A DNA stretch of 47,961 bases from Microcystaceae cyanobacterium. Lineage in GTDB: Bacteria > Cyanobacteriota > Cyanobacteriia > Cyanobacteriales > Microcystaceae. Under the pieces are notes generated by a model. The model searched no databases. It worked only from the letters and a program-made list of their open reading frames with translations, and was not told the DNA's origin. The stretch's first letter is position 1. The number at the start of each line of letters is the position of its first letter. Made by a program: the position numbers and the translations under genes. Where the stretch lies: the NCBI GenBank assembly GCA_041746575.1, contig JBGTGT010000122.1, positions 1-47,961 on the forward strand, read 5' to 3'. Of the stretch, positions 39,457 to 47,754 are shown in pieces.

Positions 39457-40710
39457 ATGCGCATCCTTATTTATTCATATAATTATTATCCTGAACCCAT
39501 TGGTATTGCACCTTTAATGACCGAATTAGCGGAAGGATTAGTTCAGCGAGGCCATAGCGTTCGAGTGGTTACGGCCATGCCTTGGTACCCTGCCAATGAA
39601 ATTTCACCTGAATATCAAGGAAAATGGTTTTTAACAGAAGAAAAAAATGGGGTTAAAATTCAGCGTTGTTATGTTTGGGTGAATCAAAAGCGGGGCTTTA
39701 TTCATCGAGCCTTATTTGAACTGAGCTTCCTGTTTTTTAGCTTATTTCAAGCCCTCAAAGGAGAAAGTCCCGATATTATCTTATTGACCATTCCAGGACT
39801 ACCCGTTTGTCTTCCTGCAGCTTTAGTAGGATGGCTTTACCGAGTTCCGATTATTTTAAATTTACAAGACATTTTACCCGATGCAGCCGTCCATGTCGGC
39901 TTAATTAGCAATCAAAAGTTAATTAAAGTCTTTGAAAAACTAGAGCAATTTGCCTACGCAACAGCTACAAAAATCAGTGTGATTGCCGATGTATTTACCC
40001 AAAATTTATTAGCCAAAGGAGTTGAAAAAGACAAAATCGTTGAAGTGCCAAATTGGGTAGATATTAACTTCGTCCGTCCTCTACCTAAAGAAAATAATGA
40101 ATTTCGCCATGCCAATCACTTAGACGGCAAATTTATCGTTCTTTATTCAGGAAATATTGCCCTTACTCAACCCTTAGAAACCCTCATTGAGGCTGCCAGT
40201 CAACTCACCCATATTCCTGAGATAGCCATTGTAATTGTGGGCAAAAAAGAAGCCTTAAACCGTCTTAGAAAGCATAGTGAAAAAAAAGACGCAACGAACG
40301 TTACCTTATTGCCTTTTCAACCTCGTCATGAATTGCCGGAAATGTTGTCTGCCGCCGATGTATCGATGGTTATTCAAAAGCAAAATGTGATTGCCTTCAA
40401 TATGCCTTCTAAAATTCAAGTATTGTTAGCTAGTGGTCGACCCATTATTGCCTCTGTACCTGAAGAGGGAACAGCTGCAAAAGCAATTAACAAAAGTGGA
40501 GGAGGGGTCGTGATTCCCCCAGAAAATGCCGATATTCTCGCCAAAACAATTTTAGACTTTTATCATCATCCTGAGAAAATAGAAAAATTAGGCAAAGAAG
40601 GAAGATTATACGCAGAAAAAACTTACGCTTTTGATTTGGCTCTTGATCGGTATGAAGCGTTATTTCATTCAGTGTTAGAACCAGAAAAAATGCAAAATGA
40701 GAAAGATTAG
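39457..40710 (+). CDS. Glycosyltransferase family 4 (WcaI-like)
   Basis: MRILIYSYNYYPEPIGIA, QDILPD, PNWVD, YSGNI, MPSK. Confidence 0.9.
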   Translation: MRILIYSYNYYPEPIGIAPLMTELAEGLVQRGHSVRVVTAMPWYPANEISPEYQGKWFLTEEKNGVKIQRCYVWVNQKRGFIHRALFELSFLFFSLFQALKGESPDIILLTIPGLPVCLPAALVGWLYRVPIILNLQDILPDAAVHVGLISNQKLIKVFEKLEQFAYATATKISVIADVFTQNLLAKGVEKDKIVEVPNWVDINFVRPLPKENNEFRHANHLDGKFIVLYSGNIALTQPLETLIEAASQLTHIPEIAIVIVGKKEALNRLRKHSEKKDATNVTLLPFQPRHELPEMLSAADVSMVIQKQNVIAFNMPSKIQVLLASGRPIIASVPEEGTAAKAINKSGGGVVIPPENADILAKTILDFYHHPEKIEKLGKEGRLYAEKTYAFDLALDRYEALFHSVLEPEKMQNEKD

Positions 40711-40925
40711 TCCAAAAATAAAGTTCAGCAACGCCACGAACCCTATGGGGCAATCTCTTTACAAAATAACAGAATCAACCTTGTGGATAATCTTGAACCT
40801 TTGCGCTCACTTCTGCCACTTATAACCAGATTTGCTGACACAACAGAGAAAAACTAGGCCAGAAAGAGAAGTGAATGATATTATCAAAGTGCATAATCAA
40901 GATAACTTAAATAGGGGAAATCACT

Positions 40926-42524
40926 ATGGCACAAGCACCTGTATCTCCCGTGGTGCTAGTAATCCTAGACGGTTGGGGGTATCGTGAAGCTACCCAGAAT
41001 AACGCCATTGCACTGGCAAAAACCCCCGTGATAAGTAGTCTGTGGGATGTCTACCCCCGAACCTTCATTCGTACCTCCAGCAAAGATGTAGGATTGCCTA
41101 GCGGGCAAATGGGGAATTCTGAGGTGGGGCATTTAAACTTAGGAGCAGGGCGTGTCGTTCCCCAAGAATTAGTAAGAATATCGGATGCGGTCGAAGATAA
41201 GTCTATTTTTAATAATCCTGCTCTATTAAGTTTGATTGATGAAATTCAGAGCAGAAACGGCACACTACATCTAATTGGACTTTGTTCCGATGGGGGAGTC
41301 CATTCCCATCTAAACCATCTTTTGGGTTTGCTGGATTTTGCCCAGTTGAAAAGACAAACAGATGTTTGTATTCATGCAATTACAGATGGACGGGATACAA
41401 ATATGACAGAAGGAATTAATGCCATTAATAAGCTTCAAAACCGACTCAATGAGCTAGAAATGGGGCGTATCGCCACTATTAGCGGTCGCTATTACGCAAT
41501 GGATCGAGATCATCGTTGGGATCGAGTTAAAAAAGCCTACGATGTTCTTACCCAAGATGGAGTTAAGGACGGCCGTTCTCCGATGCAGATTGTTCAAGAT
41601 TTTTACGATCAAGGGATCACCGACGAATTTATCTTGCCGACTCGTGTTGCTCCCGGTGCAGTTAAAGAAGGAGATGGAATCATTTTCTTTAATTTTCGTC
41701 CTGACCGGGCAAGACAACTGTGTTATGCCTTAACTATGCCTGATTTCGATGATTTTGAGCGTACATTGATTAAGCCCCTCAGTTTTGTCACCTTCACTCA
41801 ATACGATCCTCGACTTCCCGTTAAAGTGGCTTTTGAGCCGCAAAATCTGACCAATATCTTAGGGGAAATTATTGCCAACCACGGATTACGCCAATTCCGC
41901 ACCGCAGAAACAGAAAAATACCCCCATGTGACCTATTTCTTTAACGGGGGTTTAGAAAAGCCCTTTGAAGGAGAAGATCGAGAACTGATCAGTAGTCCGA
42001 TGGTGAGTACCTACGATCAAGCCCCGGCAATGTCTGCAGAAGCAGTGACAAATACAGCTTGTCAAGCCATCGAAAAAGGCATTTATTCCTTCGTCGTGAT
42101 TAATTATGCCAATCCAGATATGGTCGGTCATACGGGCAAACTAGAACCCGCCATTGAAGCGGTTGAGACAGTTGATCGCTGTTTAGGACGCTTGCTTAAA
42201 AGTATCAGTCAAATGGGCGGCACGACTCTCATTACCGCCGATCACGGCAATGCGGAATACATGGCCGATGAGGCAGGGAATCCTTGGACTGCCCACACGA
42301 CCAATCCTGTCCCCTTTATTCTGATTGAGGGAGAAGGACGGAAAATTACCGGACACGGCAGTCACGTCGCCCTACGAGAGGATGGCCGGCTGGCGGATGT
42401 TGCCCCAACGATTTTGCATATTTTAGGAATTTCTCAACCCGATGAGATGACAGGACAGTGTTTAATTATGCCGTCACCTTACGAGGTGAAAAGGAGCCGT
42501 ACCCCCATTAAGGTTTCTTTGTAG
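40926..42524 (+). CDS. gpmI: 2,3-bisphosphoglycerate-independent phosphoglycerate mutase
   Basis: ILDGWG, QMGNSEVGH, SDGGVHSH, GRYYAMDRD, AETEKYPHVT, NPDMVGHTG, TADHGNAE. Confidence 0.98.
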   Translation: MAQAPVSPVVLVILDGWGYREATQNNAIALAKTPVISSLWDVYPRTFIRTSSKDVGLPSGQMGNSEVGHLNLGAGRVVPQELVRISDAVEDKSIFNNPALLSLIDEIQSRNGTLHLIGLCSDGGVHSHLNHLLGLLDFAQLKRQTDVCIHAITDGRDTNMTEGINAINKLQNRLNELEMGRIATISGRYYAMDRDHRWDRVKKAYDVLTQDGVKDGRSPMQIVQDFYDQGITDEFILPTRVAPGAVKEGDGIIFFNFRPDRARQLCYALTMPDFDDFERTLIKPLSFVTFTQYDPRLPVKVAFEPQNLTNILGEIIANHGLRQFRTAETEKYPHVTYFFNGGLEKPFEGEDRELISSPMVSTYDQAPAMSAEAVTNTACQAIEKGIYSFVVINYANPDMVGHTGKLEPAIEAVETVDRCLGRLLKSISQMGGTTLITADHGNAEYMADEAGNPWTAHTTNPVPFILIEGEGRKITGHGSHVALREDGRLADVAPTILHILGISQPDEMTGQCLIMPSPYEVKRSRTPIKVSL

Positions 42525-42568
42525 TTTGATGTTATCCTAGATCCTAAACCGATCAAGATATTAAAAAC

Positions 42569-42817
42569 ATGACACTAACGACTTTACTGGAAATTCTTTG
42601 GGCAGTTTCGGCTGCCCTCTTAATTGTTTTGGTATTATTACACTCCCCTAAAGGAGACGGTATTGGGGGCATTGGCGGACAAGCACAGTTATTTACCAGC
42701 GCAAAAAGTGCTGAAAAAACCCTAAATCAGATCACTTGGACACTGGGAACAATTTTTATCGCACTTACGATTGTTCTAAGTGCAGGATGGTTAAATACTC
42801 CTCCGCCCCAAGGGTAA
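42569..42817 (+). CDS. secG: Preprotein translocase subunit SecG
   Basis: VLLHSPKGDGIGGIGG..F.SAKSAEKTLN..TW, two TM helices, follows gpmI. Confidence 0.95.
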   Translation: MTLTTLLEILWAVSAALLIVLVLLHSPKGDGIGGIGGQAQLFTSAKSAEKTLNQITWTLGTIFIALTIVLSAGWLNTPPPQG

Positions 42818-42832
42818 AATAATATCAGTTAT

Positions 42833-44273
42833 CCCTCTTCTGTCACTCTCCGAATTAGGCAAGTAGTAAATAAAGTAAATTATGCAGAAAGATAAAATGG
42901 TTTAAATCCATTTATTATATTGCACTAATGAGTTGATTAAAGCCAAGCAATAAATTGGCATTGGGAAAACTATCTAGCCAAGGAGAAATCACGCATATTG
43001 AACCATTAGGCGAAGATTATTTAGAGCATTCTTCCAGCCGCTTTCAGGATTCCATTGTTTATGTTTAGAACAATTAACAGAATTAATTTCTTGTCCATCT
43101 GGTTGAATTTGACCTGATTGATTTAAGGATAAAAAAGCTGGACAATTTAAACTAATCATTGTGTAAACACAAAAAATAATTTCCCACCATTTCTCAATAT
43201 CTTTGAAATGAGTAAACCGATAATCTGTCCACCCCAATTCCTGTTTACACTGGCGAAAACCCTATTCTACCCATGTTCTTAATCCATAGAGGTCGCCCAA
43301 AGTTTTCTCGAGATTTCCCTAGATATTTGTCATTATAAAAGAAGTAGAATTTTCTGGCATTGTTTCTGGGTCAGTTGTTATTTCCTAGTAAGTTATAGCT
43401 CTTTTTTTCCCATAAATTATTTCTCTAATATATCTAGTTTCTGATTTTTGATTACTAAATGTTCTTTCAAATTTACACCACCTATTCGCCCTAACCCTCT
43501 GCTTAGAAGGGAGCCAGACTCCATGATCACTTCTAATTGCCACAACATCATTTAATTTATATTCAACTAATTTGCTAATAAATTGGCTACTTTCTCCATA
43601 CAAACTATCTGCCAGTACCCGTTCAATATTAAAGCCTTCATCAATTAATTCTGTCATGATTTCTGAAGCTAACTCTATTTTAGTTTTGTATCTGTCTCCT
43701 TCTTTTAAGGTTCCTTTCGATTTGAATACTTTGAGTATTAAGGTAAAGGTTATATTAGAGTAAACCCCATAGGCATTGACTGAAACTATCCCATTATCTA
43801 CTTTTCCTACACTCCCTAAATATTGTCTGGCTACATAATCAGTCTTCTTGCCTTTTTTTCTATCTCCGGTTTCATCTATTACTACAATAATCGGATTTCC
43901 CTTTAATGCTCTCTTGATTTTCTTTAATCTAATCTCTTTTAATTTATTGACAGACCAATCTGAATTGGCTATAAAATGATGTAAGGACTGTGCAGAATTT
44001 AGGCTAACCACTTTGACTATCTCTGGCAAGGATTTTCTTTTTATGGGTGAAGTTATTCCTAAATGTAAATATTTGAAGCATTCATAATTTCTTACTTCTT
44101 TAAAAAGGTCTTTATACTCGGCACAATATTCATCTATGATTCCCACTGTTGGATCAGCATCTCTTGCCAAATGTTTTAGGATTTGTAATTCTCCTTCCAT
44201 CGCTCTCCCTAGGTTGTAGCGTTTTATTTTTTGATTCTTTTATTCATAATACTCGGAAAGTGACAGAAGAGGG
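42833..44273 (-). mobile_element. IS701-family element (1441 bp, inactive)
   Basis: 21-bp TIRs CCCTCTTCTGTCACTCTCCGA and TCGGAAAGTGACAGAAGAGGG (one mismatch). 4-bp TSD TTAT at 42829-42832 and 44274-44277. Confidence 0.92.
42880..44200 (-). pseudogene. IS701-family DDE transposase pseudogene
   Basis: IDETGDRKKG, RQYLGSVGKVDNG, LADSLYG, KQELGW. In-frame TAG at 43385, 43319 and 43262, plus 3' frameshifts. Confidence 0.92.
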
Positions 44274-44281
44274 TTATTATT

Positions 44282-44390
44282 GGAGATGGGAGAGCCTATG
44301 AAGCCTTTAAATATCTTCATGTAGGAATAATAAGTGATATAAAAAGGAAAAGTTTACTAGCGATCGCCTTGGCGACAGGGTTAAAAAATG
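44282..44390 (+). pseudogene. Fragment of a second IS701-family transposase
   Basis: Translates as RAYEAFKYLHVGIISDIKRKSLLAIA, homologous to RNYECFKYLHLGITSPIKRKSLPEIV in the neighbouring transposase. Confidence 0.8.
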
Positions 44391-44534
44391 GGTAGTCGTG
44401 CATAGTAATGATAAAGGAGAGCGAACTACTATCAAAACAAGAATTTATGCTTTGTCCTAATTGTCAAGCTAAAGCTATCGTTAAAAATGGACATAGTCAT
44501 TACGGCAAACAACGTTTTAAGTGTAACGACTGTG
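44391..44534 (+). mobile_element. IS1-family left-end remnant with zinc-finger fragment
   Basis: Starts GGTAGTCGTGCA (IS1-like terminus). ATG44447 encodes MLCPNCQAKAIVKNGHSHYGKQRFKCNDC, an InsA-type zinc finger. Confidence 0.75.
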
Positions 44535-44613
44535 ATGGATTTAAACCATTTCATCTTTCTCCATAATTTACTTTATTTACTACTTGCCTAATTCGGAGAG
44601 TGACAGAAGAGAG
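44535..44613 (+). repeat. Solo IS701 end (inverted copy of 42833-42911)
   Basis: About 79 bp near-identical to the reverse complement of 42833-42911, including the TIR. Followed by TTAT. Confidence 0.88.
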
Positions 44614-44693
44614 TTATACCCTAATTTTACTCTTGTTATCGTTTAAGTCCCAATAGTAGGTTTAAGATTTTAAGGAGGGAAAAGCTTTAAAGG

Positions 44694-45206
44694 GTGAATA
44701 ATGAGGATGAGAGCCTTTTTTTATCGGGTGCTGGCGGTTATTGGCAGATTATTGATGAAGTTACTGATGTATCGGTCATTCAACAACAGGATGCGGTTTC
44801 TTGTGGCCCGGCTTGTGCTGAAATGTTATTGAGGGATTTTGGGATTAGTAACGTTTCTCAAGAGGTTATTGCCCAACTAACGGGTGTTCCTGTCAATGTT
44901 CAAGCTCTGGCACAGGTTTTAAATCAGTTAGCGGGTCTTGGCGAACGAATGTGGATAGGGGGTGGGTTTGCCATTGAGGGAGCAGAGGAAGCTGAGGTAT
45001 TGGCGGTGTTAATTTCGACGGGGAGTTGGATAGCGGAATTAAGGGAGACGGGGAAACGTTTGGGACATTTAGTGGTGGTTGATGGATACGATGGGGAAGG
45101 AAGAATTAGGATTCGAGATCCTTGGGAGGGGACAAGGTATAAAATAGAACCAGAGGAATTTTTAAATTGCTGGACGCTTCAGGGCATTTATGTCAAAAAG
45201 TTATGA
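44694..45206 (+). CDS. C39/papain-like cysteine peptidase domain protein (candidate toxin)
   Basis: Q-X5-C (QQQDAVSCGPAC), GHLVVVDG, IRDPWEG, giving a Cys-His-Asp triad. No transporter domain and no signal peptide. Confidence 0.8.
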   Translation: MNNEDESLFLSGAGGYWQIIDEVTDVSVIQQQDAVSCGPACAEMLLRDFGISNVSQEVIAQLTGVPVNVQALAQVLNQLAGLGERMWIGGGFAIEGAEEAEVLAVLISTGSWIAELRETGKRLGHLVVVDGYDGEGRIRIRDPWEGTRYKIEPEEFLNCWTLQGIYVKKL

Positions 45207-45538
45207 AAACTCAAGTTTTAAACATTAAACCGATTCCTAATAGTGATTCTCTTGATGTTGTTTTGGAGATAGATTCTAAGCGGCATTGTTTTACTTTTTC
45301 TCGTCAATTTGACCAGATTGATGAGAAAGAATTGCAAATTATTACTTATGAACCAGCATTTGGCGAACTATTCCAATTTAATCAGCATGTTGTGGGTGAG
45401 GTGATGAATTTAGTTAAACGGGTTTATGGGGGAGAGAAGGTAAAGTTTCCCAAGGAGGTTGGAGATTTTGGGACTCCAAGGGAAGCTTTGGCTACTTTGA
45501 AACCGTTTAAAGGGGAACAAGTGGTGTCTAATGTCTAA
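45203..45538 (+). CDS. Hypothetical protein (candidate immunity partner)
   Basis: ATG45203 overlaps the peptidase stop codon (ATGA). 111 aa. Confidence 0.65.
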   Translation: MKTQVLNIKPIPNSDSLDVVLEIDSKRHCFTFSRQFDQIDEKELQIITYEPAFGELFQFNQHVVGEVMNLVKRVYGGEKVKFPKEVGDFGTPREALATLKPFKGEQVVSNV

Positions 45539-45627
45539 GTCGAATCAACGAGCAGATTATGATAATCCTTTAATCGACTGTACAAACCAGCTAAGATTAG
45601 GTCGTATTCACTTGGAAGCATCGAGAA

Positions 45628-45984
45628 ATGGGCGTAACCAGACTGACCAAAAACGAAGCGGAGCATCCTTTTATGGGGCTATGGCACATCTATGAGATGG
45701 AAATGTGGGATGAAGATTATTTCAATATGGAAACTCAAGCTTATGTAGAAATTCAAGCTAACAATATGGGAGAGTTTCAATTTGGCTTAGTAACTGGTTA
45801 TCTCGATGGGTATTTAGAACAAATAAGCGAGAAAGAGCGATTTTCTTTTACTTGGGAAGGTCAAGATGAGATGGATGAAGTAAACGGAAGTGGATGGCTT
45901 CAGTTAGTCAATCTAAATGAAATTGAGGGACTCATTAATTTGCATCAGGGAGATCGGTCAGGTTTTAAAGCAAAAAGAGCTTAA
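45628..45984 (+). CDS. Hypothetical acidic beta-rich protein
   Basis: Clean ORF with GLWHIYEMEMWD, GEFQFG, FTWEGQDEMD..GSGW, HQGD.S.F.A. Confidence 0.75.
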   Translation: MGVTRLTKNEAEHPFMGLWHIYEMEMWDEDYFNMETQAYVEIQANNMGEFQFGLVTGYLDGYLEQISEKERFSFTWEGQDEMDEVNGSGWLQLVNLNEIEGLINLHQGDRSGFKAKRA

Positions 45985-45998
45985 AACCAAACATACTG

Positions 45999-46577
45999 CT
46001 AAAAATCAAGAGCATGGATCGCTGACTGTTTCTGCTGGTCTGTCACCCCTAGATACCGTTCCAAGGCACTGAGGGAACGATGACCTGAAATCGCCTGAAT
46101 ATGGCGCAAAGGAACGCCAGCATCGCTCATCTGGGTTAAGGCCGACCTTCTAAAACTATGAGTTGAAATCCCTTCCCATTCTAGTTTTTCACAGACTTGT
46201 CGCAGAATATAGTCGGCACTGCCCTTTTGGATATGGCCACGTCCATGTCGTCCGGGAAATAGATAAGGTTTTTTGCGGTCAAAGCCTGAGTCGATATACT
46301 CTTCCAAATAGGCTCGTAAACGGGGATGAATATCAATTTCTCTAGTATCTTTGCCTCCTTTAGTGTTGTGGCTACGGATCACCAGTTTATCCCTTACGCC
46401 TTTGATGCCGATCACATCGCCTGTTAGTAAAGTACAAGCTTCATTGATGCGCGTGGCCGCATAGAGGCATACGCCAAATAACGCCCGATCTCTTGGCTTG
46501 GTCAAGCCTTCGGTGAATAATAGAGTTATCTGGTGTGTGGAGAGGATTTCTGCCCGTCCGAATCGGTTAACTTTCAT
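45999..46577 (-). CDS. Minimal tyrosine recombinase (catalytic domain only)
   Basis: RDRALFG...RINE, K (TKG), HSFRRS, SGH and RY give an intact R-K-H-R-H-Y set in 192 aa. Confidence 0.93.
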   Translation of the reverse strand: MKVNRFGRAEILSTHQITLLFTEGLTKPRDRALFGVCLYAATRINEACTLLTGDVIGIKGVRDKLVIRSHNTKGGKDTREIDIHPRLRAYLEEYIDSGFDRKKPYLFPGRHGRGHIQKGSADYILRQVCEKLEWEGISTHSFRRSALTQMSDAGVPLRHIQAISGHRSLSALERYLGVTDQQKQSAIHALDF

Positions 46578-46595
46578 GAGTAAAATAGCAAAAGA

Positions 46596-46934
46596 TTAGA
46601 AATTTCCCTGAAAGATAGCAATAATTTGGTTGATGACTTGCTCTAGCTTTTGCGGTTTTAAGGTTCCTGCTTTGTAGATAATCAGGGATTGGTCAGCCGT
46701 GAATAGCCGATTGGGACGAATATTACTATTACGATTGAGTCCGCCCTTGAGAAAATCGGTGTTTGTAATAGAGATAGCATAGCTATCTGAGATGGCCTGA
46801 CTGGTAATTTGACAAAGAATGAGATCATCCCCGGTTAATTGAGCCACCACCAGTGCCGGACGGCGTTTGGCTTGGCTTAAATTGGAAAAAGGAAAAGGGA
46901 CAATCACGACATCTCCTTTTACAAATCTTGCCAT
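46596..46934 (-). CDS. Type II toxin, PemK/MazF family
   Basis: KGDVVIVPFPFS....KRRPALVV, ILCQITS, GL...SNIRPNRLFT. Confidence 0.92.
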   Translation of the reverse strand: MARFVKGDVVIVPFPFSNLSQAKRRPALVVAQLTGDDLILCQITSQAISDSYAISITNTDFLKGGLNRNSNIRPNRLFTADQSLIIYKAGTLKPQKLEQVINQIIAIFQGNF

Positions 46935-47113
46935 GCTTGATCTTCCGAGAGAGTTGACCAGTCTTTAGCGAGTGCTGATTCAGAAAGTAAGGGGGTTTCT
47001 AGCTGATTCTGTTGCTGTTTGTATTTAAGATATTCGATAAATTTCCAGATTTCGGGTAAGAAATCTTCAGGCATTTCTTCAATTTCTTGTAAGAGAGATT
47101 TTTTAAGGGTCAT
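46919..47113 (-). CDS. Antitoxin (DUF2281-like)
   Basis: LLQEIEEMPE..L.EI..FIEYLK..LSESALAKDW...EDQAWQDL. Overlaps the toxin start. Likely ATG47113, although the ORF extends in frame to 47212. Confidence 0.85.
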   Translation of the reverse strand: MTLKKSLLQEIEEMPEDFLPEIWKFIEYLKYKQQQNQLETPLLSESALAKDWSTLSEDQAWQDL

Positions 47114-47180
47114 AGTAGGTAGCATCGCTCTTTGCGGTTGGCGACAAGAAGGCTTAAGTTGATAATAATTAGGGATCGGA

Positions 47181-47212
47181 ATTTCAGCCCGTCCGAATCG
47201 GTTCACCTTCAT
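47181..47212 (-). repeat. Second copy of the recombinase 5' end (MKVNRFGRAEI)
   Basis: 29 of 32 nt identical to 46546-46577. The three differences are synonymous. Confidence 0.9.
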
Positions 47213-47426
47213 AAAAACAAATATACATGATCTTCTTTACTCTTTGATCTTGTAATCGGCTCTAACCCTCATTCTCTCGTGGTGAATGAGACAAAGCTTA
47301 AGAAAAACTTATGAAAATTCGGGCTATTTCTGAGTAGAAATACGGAGATGATAAGGTGGGCTTATCAGGTTATCGGAAACTCGAACCGAAGAATGGCAGA
47401 AACCATCTGAGAGTCAAAAAAACGGT

Positions 47427-47697
47427 TTAGTCCTCCCATCTTTCCTGTTTGATATACCGATTAACGGCTTCAAAGGTCGTGGCTAATGGCAGAGGCTTTA
47501 ACCTTGGTACGCCATGATTTGAGGACTCGAACGCAGAGGTTAACAGTTTCCTCATTATCTTTTTGATCAGCTTCTTTTTTGGGATTAAGGGTAGGGTCAG
47601 GTCGGTTTTCTGGTAGGCTTGTCTGCTTTCCTGCCTTCTGGCTTTTGTCCTTCTCCTGTTTGGCTTGTTCGAGGATTTGTTTGTAATTAGTTCCCAT
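47427..47697 (-). pseudogene. ParG/CopG-like ribbon-helix-helix partition protein, apparently frameshifted
   Basis: Disordered N-terminus, then ETVNLCVRV.KSWR.KVKASA (strand plus helix). The expected second helix, FEAVNRYIKQERWED, is in another frame. Directly follows parA. Confidence 0.6.
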
Positions 47698-47754
47698 GAT
47701 TGTATGCTTTTAGGTTTGTAGGTTTTCAGGATTGCATGAATGTAGGCTTTCAGG
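47691..47754 (-). repeat. 8-bp periodic degenerate tandem array (parS/centromere-like)
   Basis: CCTGAAAG CCTACATT CATGCAAT CCTGAAAA CCTACAAA CCTAAAAG CATACAAT CATGGGAA. Confidence 0.7.

Noticed and set aside
43262..43387. Three in-frame TAG codons in the IS701 transposase suggesting amber recoding
   Set aside because: They replace different expected residues (W, Q, Y), the gene also has frameshifts, and ordinary genes here end in TAG. This is simple decay.
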